NCBI GenBank assembly: GCA_964638985.1
Contig: CAZXCD010000005.1
Coordinates: 1-43,427, forward strand
From: an uncultured Candidatus Saccharibacteria bacterium
Lineage (GTDB): Bacteria > Patescibacteriota > Minisyncoccia > Phycocordibacterales > UBA9973
Direction of reading: 5' to 3'
Length of the DNA stretch: 43,427 bases
Below the pieces are notes generated by a model, which worked only from the letters and a program-made list of their open reading frames with translations, had not been told where the DNA came from and made no database searches. Position 1 is the first letter of the stretch. The number at the start of each line of letters is the position of its first letter. A program made the position numbers and the translations under genes. Of this stretch, positions 25,193 to 34,329 are shown piece by piece.

Positions 25193-25282
25193 TTCACCCT
25201 CCCCACTCCCTCCCTTCGCAGGGAGGGGACCTTCTCCCCCTGCGAAGGGAGGGAGTGCCTGAAAGGCAAGGGGGTGTTTGAA
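25193..25282 (+). repeat. GC-rich multi-hairpin element, family A, intergenic copy
   Basis: TTCACCCTCCCC...GGGGGTG ends, with CCCTCCC-TTCGCA-GGGAGGG and CTCCCCC-TGCGAA-GGGAGGGAG hairpins. Fills the whole 92-nt gap between the convergent ORF 23809 and jag. Confidence 0.8.
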
Positions 25283-25283
25283 T

Positions 25284-25817
25284 TTAAATAACCCCGACGT
25301 ATTTAATAACCACTCGGCGATCGCGCCCCATACCCATGGATTCGGTTTTGAGATCCGTCGCATCGGATAAAAACTCATGTACAATCCTGCGTTCAAAAGC
25401 GGACATCGGATCAACCTCTATGTTGGATTTGAAATATCTTGCTCTCTCGGACATCATATGCGCCACTGCGCGAACATTCTCCACGTGTTTTTTCTGAAAA
25501 CCATTTATGTCTATAATAATAGACCCTCCCCCCGCCCCTCCCTTCGCAGGGAGGGGAGACTCTTCTCCCCCTGCTAAGGGGGAGTGCTCCGACTCAGGTC
25601 GGAGTGAGGGGGTCTTGGCCTCAAGAATCCTATGCACAATATGATTTAACGCTTGTAATCCCTCGCCGTCATGCGAAATAAAAAAGTGCGGTTCATTTAC
25701 TTCCACTGAAATCCATATGTTTTTGGGTCCATCTTCCACCACCGAGACTTCATTTAGTTTCACTGTGGTTTTCTCAATTAATTCTTTTATTAACTTTTGT
25801 ATTTCTTCTTTATTCAT
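25284..25817 (-). CDS. jag: Jag/KhpB-like RNA-binding protein (KH + R3H)
   Basis: C-terminal R3H region (AFERRIVHEFL...DRRVVIKYV). Lies downstream of yidC. Confidence 0.8.
   Translation of the reverse strand: MNKEEIQKLIKELIEKTTVKLNEVSVVEDGPKNIWISVEVNEPHFFISHDGEGLQALNHIVHRILEAKTPSLRPESEHSPLAGGEESPLPAKGGAGGGSIIIDINGFQKKHVENVRAVAHMMSERARYFKSNIEVDPMSAFERRIVHEFLSDATDLKTESMGMGRDRRVVIKYVGVI
25522..25614 (+). repeat. GC-rich multi-hairpin element, family A, inside jag and read antisense to the pcrA copy
   Basis: 93 nt, ends GACCCTCCCC...GAGGGGGTC. Same hairpin order as 7817-7911 on the plus strand, but the host gene is on the minus strand. Encodes TPSLRPESEHSPLAGGEESPLPAKGGAGGGS. Confidence 0.8.
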
Positions 25818-25832
25818 ATTTATCTTAATCCT

Positions 25833-26567
25833 CTATTTAGAGACCACCGCTGTAAACTCCTTTTTCTTAACATAAATCTGTTGTCCCACCATAAATAGAT
25901 TACTCGTAATCCAATATAATGCAACCGCGCCGGAAATACTATAAGCAATGAAGGCGACGATGAATGGAAAAACATATTTCATCTGCATACTCATGCTCTT
26001 GGCAAAACTATCGGAGAAAGATGGAGCGCCACCGGTTTTTGTCGGAGAGACCGACGGTTGCGGCATAAAGTGAGCTTGTAAGTATTGGGAAACGCCTGCT
26101 AAAATAGCCAAAATTAAACTCTTTTGGGTAATATCAAGGAGCCCCAAGAAAAGCATATTGCTGTGTTCTGGTATATGAATGAAGGAATAGAGAAGTCCGC
26201 TTTCAAAATTTATTCCTTTTAAAAAGACATAATACAAGGCGAAAATAATGGGAATCTGAATTAAAACCAAGAGACACCCTGAAAACGGGTTGGTTTTGTG
26301 TTCTTTATAGAGTTCAAAGGTTAGCCTGGCTTGTTCTTCTTTGCTTGCCCCACTTGCCTTAATTTTATTAAGCTCGGGGGTCAAAATACTCATTTGGGCC
26401 TGACTTTCTATGGATTTTTGAGAAAGGGGAAAGAGAACCACTTTGACGAGAATAGTAAGTATTATAACGGCAATCCCCACATCTCCACCGGGGATAACTG
26501 AAACCAGGAAGGCTAGAGCGTTTAATAGTGGCTGATATAAAACAACGTTCCAAATATTGCTGAGCAT
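25833..26567 (-). CDS. yidC: membrane protein insertase YidC
   Basis: Short Gram-positive-type YidC (LLVLIQIPIIFALY, GAVALYWITSNLF). Conserved position in the rpmH operon. Confidence 0.85.
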   Translation of the reverse strand: MLSNIWNVVLYQPLLNALAFLVSVIPGGDVGIAVIILTILVKVVLFPLSQKSIESQAQMSILTPELNKIKASGASKEEQARLTFELYKEHKTNPFSGCLLVLIQIPIIFALYYVFLKGINFESGLLYSFIHIPEHSNMLFLGLLDITQKSLILAILAGVSQYLQAHFMPQPSVSPTKTGGAPSFSDSFAKSMSMQMKYVFPFIVAFIAYSISGAVALYWITSNLFMVGQQIYVKKKEFTAVVSK

Positions 26568-26597
26568 TAGCCCATTCTATATTAAAATGCCAAAAAA

Positions 26598-26819
26598 TCA
26601 AAGCACAGGATCAATATGATTTTTTTGCCAGGGGTGACATCGTAAAATACGTAAAAATCCCAAATAGGTTCCTTTTAGGAAACCATACTTTTCTATCGCT
26701 TGTTTTGTATATTCCGAGCAAGTCGGATAGAAAACACAACTTGGTTTTTTAAAAACTGAAATATATTTTTGATAAAAATTAATTAATTTTTGAGAGAATG
26801 TTTTTAATTTCATTTTCAA
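26598..26819 (-). CDS. yidD: membrane protein insertion efficiency factor YidD
   Basis: [19 protein letters not shown]...RILRCHPW motif. Confidence 0.85.
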   Translation of the reverse strand: MKMKLKTFSQKLINFYQKYISVFKKPSCVFYPTCSEYTKQAIEKYGFLKGTYLGFLRILRCHPWQKNHIDPVL

Positions 26820-27102
26820 GCGTTAAAGTATCTTCTTGATACTTTTTAAAAACAAAAACCCCCATAATTCCGGGAGGGAAGTCCGAAATGTGCTTTTCCA
26901 GAGCTTTGTATCCCAAACGCCTCAATAAATTCCTTTTTACCGCCAGTTTTGTCACGCTTTTGGGGACTATAACGGAGATTTTTTTGCCAGCTTGGGGGGT
27001 TTTAAAAAATTTAAAGGTCAAATTCAAAGAATTAAGAAATCTCCCTTCTTTAAATATCTTTTCCACCGTCTTCTTGTCGGCCCTATTTATTTTTTTAAGC
27101 AT
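26779..27102 (-). CDS. rnpA: ribonuclease P protein component
   Basis: Basic 107-aa protein between rpmH and yidD (RNLLRRLGY motif region). Confidence 0.8.
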   Translation of the reverse strand: MLKKINRADKKTVEKIFKEGRFLNSLNLTFKFFKTPQAGKKISVIVPKSVTKLAVKRNLLRRLGYKALEKHISDFPPGIMGVFVFKKYQEDTLTLENEIKNILSKIN

Positions 27103-27125
27103 AACTTGTCCCGCCGTGGCGTGGG

Positions 27126-27260
27126 CTAAACAGTAAGTTTGGCGCGCCCCTTTCTCCTTCTCCTTACCAGAACTTTTTGGCCTGTTTTGGTCCTGGATCT
27201 AACCAGAAAACCGTGGGCCTTTGCTCTTTTTCTCTTTTTGGGTTGATATGTTTGTGACAT
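27126..27260 (-). CDS. rpmH: 50S ribosomal protein L34
   Basis: [44 protein letters not shown]. The start is trimmed from the ORF-track position 27317 to the conserved 44-aa form. Confidence 0.9.
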   Translation of the reverse strand: MSQTYQPKKRKRAKAHGFLVRSRTKTGQKVLVRRRRKGRAKLTV

Positions 27261-27277
27261 ACGGGTAGTATATAACA

Positions 27278-27297
27278 TTATCCACATCTTATCAACA
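27278..27297 (+). promoter_or_regulatory. paired DnaA boxes TTATCCACA-tc-TTATCAACA in the rpmH/dnaA divergent region
   Basis: One perfect box and one box with a single mismatch, read directly. Confidence 0.7.
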
Positions 27298-27354
27298 TAG
27301 TTAATAAGATATTGCATATACCCTCTAATTTATAAATAGTGTAAGATACAAACA

Positions 27355-28698
27355 ATGAATACAAAAGAGTTGTGGAAAAATTGTTTAATGGAAATAGAGT
27401 CCGGTATATCAAAGGCAAATTTCAGCACCTGGTTTAAAAATACTTCCATCATAAAAGAAGACACTGGCATTGTCTATATAGGGGTGCCCAACGAATTTGT
27501 CCGCGATTGGCTTATAAATAAATACCACAAGCTTATCACTAAGACCATTGCGGACGCATACGAAAATATGCGCGCTGTGGAGTACGTTATTGTGAAAACC
27601 GAAAATTTAAAACAAGAACCAGCGGTAACCACCGAAATAACCATAGAAAAGGAGCTACCTTTGAAAGATTTATACATAAATCAAGAAGACAACTTAAATC
27701 CACGCTATCAATTCAATTCTTTTATCGTGGGAACCTTCAACGAGCTCGCTTATGCCGCGGCGCAAGCGATAATAGATTCCCCGGGAACAAAATACAATCC
27801 ATTTTTTATTTATGGAGGCACCGGGCTCGGCAAAACTCACTTGATTCAAGCGGTGGGGAACTCAATAAAAGAAAAATACCCGAACAAAAAGGTGCATTAT
27901 ATGACTTTGGAGAAATTCGCCACGGATTTTGTTAATTCTCTGCAAAACAACAAGGCAAATTCTTTTAAAGAAAAATATCGCAAGTATGACTTGTTAATCA
28001 TAGACGATATTCAATTTATCGGTAAAATGGAGAAAATTCAAGAAGAGCTTTTCCACACCTTCAATACCTTTCATGAGAACAACAAACAAATTATCTTCTC
28101 CTCGGACAAACACCCCAACTATATCCCCGAGCTGGCGGATAGGCTAAAGTCGCGTTTTGCCGCTGGAATGATTGTTGATATCTCAGAGCCGGAATATGAG
28201 TCCCGCCTTGCCATTTTAAAAGTGAAACTACGCGAACTTAATGTTGATTTAGCGGAAGAATTGGTGGAATACGTGGCTGGATCCGTCCAGGGCAACATTA
28301 GAGAGCTTGAGGGAAGCCTCAACCTCATAGTTTGCCAATATCGCTTAAAAAACAAGCCCTTAACGCTTATGGAGGTGAAGAACCTGCTAAAAAACAACAT
28401 GAAGCCGAAGAAAAATATGGCCATAAAGGATGTGGTAAAGATAGTAAGCGAATACTATAAATTGGAAGAGGCTTCGGTTTATGAAAAAACAAGAAAAAAA
28501 GAGATTGTAAAAGCCAGACAAATCGTAATGTATCTGCTTCGGGAAGATTTTAACGTCTCGTATCCTTTAATTGGACAAAAGTTGGGAGGAAAGGATCACA
28601 CCACGGTAATCCACTCCTGTTTGAAAATAAAAGCGGACCTAAAAAACGATTCACAACTACTGCAAGAGCTGGAACAAATAAGAATTATGTTTAAATAG
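27355..28698 (+). CDS. dnaA: chromosomal replication initiator protein DnaA
   Basis: Walker A GGTGLGKTHL, Walker B LLIIDDIQF, and C-terminal DNA-binding region (GGKDHTTVIHSC). Confidence 0.95.
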   Translation: MNTKELWKNCLMEIESGISKANFSTWFKNTSIIKEDTGIVYIGVPNEFVRDWLINKYHKLITKTIADAYENMRAVEYVIVKTENLKQEPAVTTEITIEKELPLKDLYINQEDNLNPRYQFNSFIVGTFNELAYAAAQAIIDSPGTKYNPFFIYGGTGLGKTHLIQAVGNSIKEKYPNKKVHYMTLEKFATDFVNSLQNNKANSFKEKYRKYDLLIIDDIQFIGKMEKIQEELFHTFNTFHENNKQIIFSSDKHPNYIPELADRLKSRFAAGMIVDISEPEYESRLAILKVKLRELNVDLAEELVEYVAGSVQGNIRELEGSLNLIVCQYRLKNKPLTLMEVKNLLKNNMKPKKNMAIKDVVKIVSEYYKLEEASVYEKTRKKEIVKARQIVMYLLREDFNVSYPLIGQKLGGKDHTTVIHSCLKIKADLKNDSQLLQELEQIRIMFK

Positions 28699-28937
28699 TT
28701 GTTTATAAGTGGTTTAAAAGTTTATAACAACCCAAACAAAAACTGTTAACAAAAAATATTAAAAACATAAATTAAAAAGGAGAAAAATTTTATAAACAAA
28801 AAATAAAAAGTTATCAGACTTAATCACAATAAAAAAACTATAAAATAACCAGGTAGACAAAAACAAAAAATACTTATCCACTTATCAACACCACTAGTAT
28901 TATTAGTAATTTATATAAAGAAGATATAAACAAATAT
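28699..28937 (+). promoter_or_regulatory. putative oriC (dnaA-dnaN intergenic region)
   Basis: Abutting boxes TTATCCACT (28874-28882) and TTATCAACA (28882-28890). Degenerate boxes TTATAACAA and TTATAAACA. An extremely A-rich tract at 28740-28870 is a candidate unwinding element. Confidence 0.6.
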
Positions 28938-30035
28938 ATGAAAATAGAATGCTCTGTAGAAAAAATCAAAAATGCCATTTCTCAAGTGGAGAGAATAACC
29001 GGCAAAAACCTAACTCTGCCGATTTTGAGCTCCATTCTATTAATTGCCTCGGGTAAATCTTTAAAATTAAGATCTACCAACCTGAGTTTGGGTATTGAGG
29101 TTGAAATTTCTGCTAAAATTGAAGAAGAAGGCACTCTAGCCATTTCCGGTTCGGTGTTGAACGCTATTTTTTCCAATGTTTCTCAAAACGAAAATGTGCA
29201 TCTTGAAGACAAGGATGGAAATCTTATGATTAAGACTAAGAAGAGTCAAATAAAGTTGAAAAGCCAGCCCCACGATGATTTTCCAACAATTCCCACCGTA
29301 TCGGGAACCACTTTTGAGATAGAAGCTAAAAAGTTTATTGATGGTATAAAGTCTGTTTACTACAGCTCTTCTGTTTCAGATATAAAGCCGGAGATTTCAA
29401 GCGTTTTTATGTATACCAACTCGGATAATCTAGTCTTTGTGTCCACTGACTCTTTTAGATTGGCGGAAAAGAAAGTGAAAGTAAAAGGAATTGAAGAAAT
29501 TTCCGGCATTCTTATCCCGTTTAAAAATGTGGCCGAAATACTGAAGATCTTCGGAGAATTCCAGGGTGTTATAAAAGTTTGTTTCAATAAAAATCAGATT
29601 TCATTTTCTTCCGACAACACCTACCTAACATCGCGAATAATTGACGGAATTTTCCCCGACTATCGCCAAATTATTCCCAAAAGCACGTCTACGGATGTGG
29701 TGGTGCTTAAACAAGACTTATTGAATGCCCTTAAACTATCAAACATCTTTTCGGATAAATTTAATCAAGTTAATTTAAGAATTGCGCCCAATGAAAAAGT
29801 ATTAGAGCTTTCCTCCGCCAACAACGATGTCGGGGAAAACAAAACATACTTGGATGCTGTCATTAATGGGGAAAATATTGAATTATCTTTCAATTATAAA
29901 TACTTTTTGGATTGCTTCCAGTCAATCACCACCGACAGTGTTTCTATAAAGCTTTCCGGCACGGGAAGCCCAATGGCTATATCTCCTGTTTCCGACGTTT
30001 CGTTCACCTATCTCATTATGCCGATGAATAGATAA
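28938..30035 (+). CDS. dnaN: DNA polymerase III beta sliding clamp
   Basis: 365 aa immediately after dnaA. Typical start MKIECSVEKIKNAISQVERITGKN.LPILS and end YLIMPMN. Confidence 0.9.
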   Translation: MKIECSVEKIKNAISQVERITGKNLTLPILSSILLIASGKSLKLRSTNLSLGIEVEISAKIEEEGTLAISGSVLNAIFSNVSQNENVHLEDKDGNLMIKTKKSQIKLKSQPHDDFPTIPTVSGTTFEIEAKKFIDGIKSVYYSSSVSDIKPEISSVFMYTNSDNLVFVSTDSFRLAEKKVKVKGIEEISGILIPFKNVAEILKIFGEFQGVIKVCFNKNQISFSSDNTYLTSRIIDGIFPDYRQIIPKSTSTDVVVLKQDLLNALKLSNIFSDKFNQVNLRIAPNEKVLELSSANNDVGENKTYLDAVINGENIELSFNYKYFLDCFQSITTDSVSIKLSGTGSPMAISPVSDVSFTYLIMPMNR

Positions 30036-30070
30036 ACCTCACCCCAACCCTCTCCTGAAAGGAGAGGGGA
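30036..30070 (+). repeat. GC-rich hairpin element, family C (half copy)
   Basis: AACCTCACCCCAA + CCCTCTCC-TGAAA-GGAGAGGG. Collinear with the left half of 21405-21484. Ends 5 nt before the next start codon. Confidence 0.7.
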
Positions 30071-30075
30071 AAGTT

Positions 30076-30333
30076 ATGATTGAAATTAAAGATTTATTGG
30101 TCAGGTTTCAAAACATCCTTCTTTCCGAGAAGGGGAAAAAGGAAGTTGTCAGGAAAATAATCTCCGAGGTTATTAAAACAGAAATAAATTCTGAAGATAT
30201 TGAAATAAAAAATAACACAATATATTTAAATATAAAACCGATTTATAAAAACGAGATTTTTTTAAAGCGAGAACAAATTTTTTCAAAATTGGAAGAATCT
30301 CTAGGGAAAAAAGCTCCCCAAGACATACGATAA
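30076..30333 (+). CDS. DUF721 (DciA-like) small protein
   Basis: 85 aa just after dnaN. The pattern VV..I.SEVI...I...DIEIKNNTIYLNI.P....EI.L....I..KLEE.LG.....DIR resembles DUF721 as I recall it. Confidence 0.45.
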   Translation: MIEIKDLLVRFQNILLSEKGKKEVVRKIISEVIKTEINSEDIEIKNNTIYLNIKPIYKNEIFLKREQIFSKLEESLGKKAPQDIR

Positions 30334-32856
30334 TTATAAATCTACCCGAAAGACGACAACAGTTTCGTTGCGGTTGAAGGCTGTGTCGTAAGAAATTACC
30401 TTTAGCTCGTTTCTATTTTCTAGATTTTCCACTTCTTTGGGCAGGAAAGAGAAGTTGAAAGGAGATTCTAGGGTTTCAAAATATATGTCGTTTATGAAGA
30501 CTTCTATTTTCTGCAAAGGAAACAGGCCCGAACTGGAAAGTTTTAGGTTTATTTTTTGGTCAGGAGAATAAATTTTTGTTTCATTTGGTTCAGTGATGAA
30601 AACCGAAGGGACAGATAACTCCGTGTGTATGTCGTCCGACAGCCGCGGTTTTTCACTCCAGGTTGTTATTGGATATTTGCTCTTGTTTTGTGCCCACCAA
30701 TTTTGTACGGGCGTTTCCCAGTGGTTGAACTGCACTGGATTATCTTTGCCGAGCGGGGGTGCACCCACGATATCATCTCTATCCACCCAGTATAAAATCG
30801 AGTGCACGTTGGTAACGACTTTTTCCAGCAAAGTTTCTTTAGGGGTGAATTCCGTGGCTAATTTCCCGGAAATTTTATCAATAAAGTAATTTTCATTACC
30901 CATCCAAGACCCGCGCAAGACGGGCTTCACTTGGGTCGGGTCCACTTCCAGGTTTGGTTTTTCAAAGCTTTCGTTTGGCAAGTTCTTTAACGCCTCGGTT
31001 ATGAATTTATTCCAAATAGGTCCTGCCATCGCGGCACCTCCTTTTTTCATTGGAGTATTGTCATTGTTGCCCGCCCAGACACCCACCGCGATAGATGGGG
31101 AATATCCCACAATCCAGGCGTCCTTGTTGTTGTTTGTGGTTCCCGTTTTCACTGCCACGCTTTTGTTTGGAATATAAAGAACCGAGTGCGCGCCAAAGGT
31201 TGGGACACGGGATTTGTCATCGGATAAAATATCCGAAATAGTTAGGGCAACATTTTTAGGTAGTACCTCTTGCGCGCTAGGCTTGAATTCTTCTAAAATA
31301 TTTCCGTTTAAATCTTCAATTTTTAAAATTCCGGTGTGTTGGTTTTTTATTCCATCATTAGCAAAAACTCCATAAGCGGAAGTCATATCCAGGAGGGAAA
31401 CCTCCCCGCCTCCGATAACGAGAGTAAGTCCATATTGGCCCACATCTCCCAGGGTGCTGATGCCCATACTTTCAGCTGTTTTCAATGAATCAGAGAGTCC
31501 GGATAAATAAAGAAGCTTCACGGCCGGAATGTTGATGGATTGGGCTAAAGCATCTCTCAAACTCATCGGGCCACGAAACTTTCCGTCATAGTTGTCCGGC
31601 ATGTAACAATTACTTTGACTGCGTCCAGGCAGGGCCTTGCCTGAGGCGTCACAGGTGGTCTGAAATTCTGTTGGTAAGTCAAATAGTACAGTATCCGGGG
31701 TAAAGCCCTTGTTGAAGGCTGTGGCGTAAATAAAAGGCTTAAAAGAGGACCCTGGCTGTCTGTTGGCTGTGGCTATGTTGAAATTACCATCAATTTCTTT
31801 GTCAAAATAATCTCTTGATCCGACCATAGTTAAGATTTGTCCTGTTTTGGGATCTATGGCGACCAACCCGGCATTTTTACCATTCCAATCTTTTTCATTT
31901 TTGAGCGCACCCTCTTTCACAAATTCTTCCGCCTTGGCTTGCAGGTCGGCATCAAGCGTCGTGGTTACCTTGAGTCCGCCTCCGGTGGACAGCTGTCCGT
32001 ATTTTTGTTCTATATAATCTTTGATATAAAAAACAAAATGCGGAGCCCGGATGCCCATCGTCGCCTGCGGGATGAAAGCCACTACTTCGCTTTTGGCTTT
32101 ATTGTATTCTTCTTCGGAAATAAATTTAAGCTCATACATTCTTCCGAGTACCAAGTTTTTCCTGGTTTCCAACCTCTCTTTGTTTTTTCCATAAGGAGAG
32201 AGGACGGTCGGAGATTGGGGAATGGCTGCCAAATAGGCCGCCTCCGCCATGGTCAGGCCCTCTGCGTTTTTATTGAAATAAGTTTTGCTGGCAGCTTGGA
32301 TTCCATAAATATTTCCCCCATAAGGAATTTCATTTAGATAAGCTTCCAGAATTTTTTCTTTTGGGATAGAGCTATCTATTTTGACTGCTAGGAACCACTC
32401 TTTTATTTTTCTGACGTATCTGCCGAGGCCACTACTCTGCGTCAGGAGAGTGTTTTTTACCAACTGCTGGGTGATAGTTGATCCGCCTCCGCCTATGCCG
32501 ACGCCAAATAGATTGGAAAGAACCGCGCGGACGATGGAAGTTATGCGTATTCCGCTATGGTTGTAAAATTCCGAGTCCTCAATGGCCACGGTGGCGTTTT
32601 TGATATTTATACCCATCTCTCCAAAAGAGATAGCCGTCCTCTTTACATCTTGGTGAATGTCAAAAAGCAATACTTCTCCAGTACGATCAAAAATCTGAGT
32701 GGAATTCTCTACTCGTCTTTCCTCAATGGAATGAAAATCCGGGATTTTTAGAGAGAAAAGCAAAACGAGCACCATTCCGGAAGCCAAAACGAAAAGACTA
32801 ACCAACAACATGGCCAGGTTTTTTAATAATTTTTTGTTTTGAAATATTTTAAACAC
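30334..32856 (-). CDS. class A penicillin-binding protein (PBP1A; transglycosylase + transpeptidase)
   Basis: GT51 motifs AIEDSEFYNHSGI and GGSTITQQL. Transpeptidase motifs SSFKP and KTGTT. N-terminal membrane anchor. Confidence 0.9.
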   Translation of the reverse strand: MFKIFQNKKLLKNLAMLLVSLFVLASGMVLVLLFSLKIPDFHSIEERRVENSTQIFDRTGEVLLFDIHQDVKRTAISFGEMGINIKNATVAIEDSEFYNHSGIRITSIVRAVLSNLFGVGIGGGGSTITQQLVKNTLLTQSSGLGRYVRKIKEWFLAVKIDSSIPKEKILEAYLNEIPYGGNIYGIQAASKTYFNKNAEGLTMAEAAYLAAIPQSPTVLSPYGKNKERLETRKNLVLGRMYELKFISEEEYNKAKSEVVAFIPQATMGIRAPHFVFYIKDYIEQKYGQLSTGGGLKVTTTLDADLQAKAEEFVKEGALKNEKDWNGKNAGLVAIDPKTGQILTMVGSRDYFDKEIDGNFNIATANRQPGSSFKPFIYATAFNKGFTPDTVLFDLPTEFQTTCDASGKALPGRSQSNCYMPDNYDGKFRGPMSLRDALAQSINIPAVKLLYLSGLSDSLKTAESMGISTLGDVGQYGLTLVIGGGEVSLLDMTSAYGVFANDGIKNQHTGILKIEDLNGNILEEFKPSAQEVLPKNVALTISDILSDDKSRVPTFGAHSVLYIPNKSVAVKTGTTNNNKDAWIVGYSPSIAVGVWAGNNDNTPMKKGGAAMAGPIWNKFITEALKNLPNESFEKPNLEVDPTQVKPVLRGSWMGNENYFIDKISGKLATEFTPKETLLEKVVTNVHSILYWVDRDDIVGAPPLGKDNPVQFNHWETPVQNWWAQNKSKYPITTWSEKPRLSDDIHTELSVPSVFITEPNETKIYSPDQKINLKLSSSGLFPLQKIEVFINDIYFETLESPFNFSFLPKEVENLENRNELKVISYDTAFNRNETVVVFRVDL

Positions 32857-32895
32857 TAATAGAATTATAGCAGAAAATGTGGTATTATTCTATTT

Positions 32896-34098
32896 ATGAA
32901 AGTGATAACGGATGAGAAAAAAATAGATGAAGTTTTAAGCCGAGGGGTGATAACCAGCGTTTTGCCGATCAAAGAAGATTTTAAAAAACTTCTTATGTCT
33001 GGCAAAAGAATAAAGATTTATATTGGTTTTGATGCCACTGCAGACACACTTCACTTAAGTCACGCCAAGAACATAATTCTTCTAGAAGAGTTTAGAAAAC
33101 TAGGACATGAAGCAATACTGCTTTTTGGGGATTTTACGGCACGCATAGGAGATCCTTCTGATCAAGCGGGTACTCGTAAAATTCTTACAGCGAGAGAAGT
33201 TTTAGACAATGTTAAAAGTTGGAAAAACCAGATTAAAAACTTGATGGATTTTAATAATAAAGAAAATCCACCAAAAGTACTTTTTAATAGTAAGTGGTTG
33301 GCAAAGATGACTATGGAAGAAGTTTTAGAACTGGCTTCAAACATTACTGTTGGTCAAATGATTGAAAGAGATATGTTTCAAAAAAGAATGAAAGAAGGCA
33401 AACACATATTTTTGCACGAATTTTTATATCCATTAATGCAGGGATACGACAGCGTCGCCATGGAGGTTGACGCTGAGCTATGTGGAACTGATCAGATTTT
33501 TAATGCTCTTATGGGACGCACACTTTTGCGTAAACTTAAAAATAAAGAAAAATTTGTTGTGGCTGTTAATTTAATGGAAAACCCAAAGACCGGAGAATTA
33601 ATGTCAAAAAGCAGGGGGACAGGAGTGTTTTTAAACACAACAGCAACAGAAATGTTTGGTTCAATTATGGCTCAGCCGGATGAAATGATTGAAGTTTTAC
33701 TTATAAATTGTACCAGGGTTTCTAAAGAAGAAATAAAAGAAATAATTAAACAGGGTCCTCTTGAAGCAAAAAAGAAAACTGCTACAGAAATTATAAAAAT
33801 AATTTTTAGTGAAAAGAAAGCAAAAGAGGCTGAAGAGAATTTTGTGAAAACTTTTCAGAAAAAAGAAATTCCGGATGAAATGGAAGAGATAAAAGCCGGT
33901 ACGGGTGAACTGCTGAGTGAAATTTTAGTAAAAAATAAAATATTGTCTTCAAAAGGGGAATGGCGCAGACTGGTTTTAGAAAATGCCATTCACAATTTAG
34001 GAAACAATAATAATATTACAGATGTAAATTTAAAAGTTTTAGAAAACCTAACACTTAAAATCGGCAAGAAAAGATTTGTGAAAATTTTAACTAACTAG
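32896..34098 (+). CDS. tyrS: tyrosine--tRNA ligase
   Basis: HIGH-type motif TLHLSHAK, GDFTARIGDPS, a KMSKS-type motif LMSKSRG, and a C-terminal S4-like region. Confidence 0.85.
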   Translation: MKVITDEKKIDEVLSRGVITSVLPIKEDFKKLLMSGKRIKIYIGFDATADTLHLSHAKNIILLEEFRKLGHEAILLFGDFTARIGDPSDQAGTRKILTAREVLDNVKSWKNQIKNLMDFNNKENPPKVLFNSKWLAKMTMEEVLELASNITVGQMIERDMFQKRMKEGKHIFLHEFLYPLMQGYDSVAMEVDAELCGTDQIFNALMGRTLLRKLKNKEKFVVAVNLMENPKTGELMSKSRGTGVFLNTTATEMFGSIMAQPDEMIEVLLINCTRVSKEEIKEIIKQGPLEAKKKTATEIIKIIFSEKKAKEAEENFVKTFQKKEIPDEMEEIKAGTGELLSEILVKNKILSSKGEWRRLVLENAIHNLGNNNNITDVNLKVLENLTLKIGKKRFVKILTN

Positions 34099-34136
34099 CA
34101 ACAAAAAAAGGAAGCAAGGCTTCCTTTTTTTGTTGC
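34098..34136. terminator. bidirectional terminator hairpin between convergent genes
   Basis: Perfect 18-bp stem GCAACAAAAAAAGGAAGC / GCTTCCTTTTTTTGTTGC with a 3-nt loop. The A7/T7 runs supply U-tracts on both strands. Confidence 0.7.
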
Positions 34137-34137
34137 T

Positions 34138-34266
34138 CTATCTGTCTTTATCTGGGTCTTCTTCCCCCAATCCAAAATCATCCAATCCTTCAGGAGGTAA
34201 ATCAAGTTCTTCCTCGTCTCCTATTTTGAAACCCTCTTCTTCTACTTCCTCATCTTCATCGTGCAT
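34138..34266 (-). CDS. 42-aa highly acidic peptide (MHDEDEEVEEEGFKIGDEEELDLPPEGLDDFGLGEEDPDKDR)
   Basis: ATG-to-TAG ORF below the track cutoff. It sits between ruvC and the bidirectional terminator on the same strand as ruvC. No homology is recognisable. Confidence 0.3.
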   Translation of the reverse strand: MHDEDEEVEEEGFKIGDEEELDLPPEGLDDFGLGEEDPDKDR

Positions 34267-34329
34267 ATAAGATATATTTTACTAAATACTCTATTAATGT
34301 CTCTTTTGTATCAAAATACAAAAAGCTTG

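Noticed and set aside
27261-27317. Extended rpmH start (63-aa ORF)
   Set aside because: The conserved L34 begins [12 protein letters not shown] at 27260. The extension covers the DnaA-box pair.
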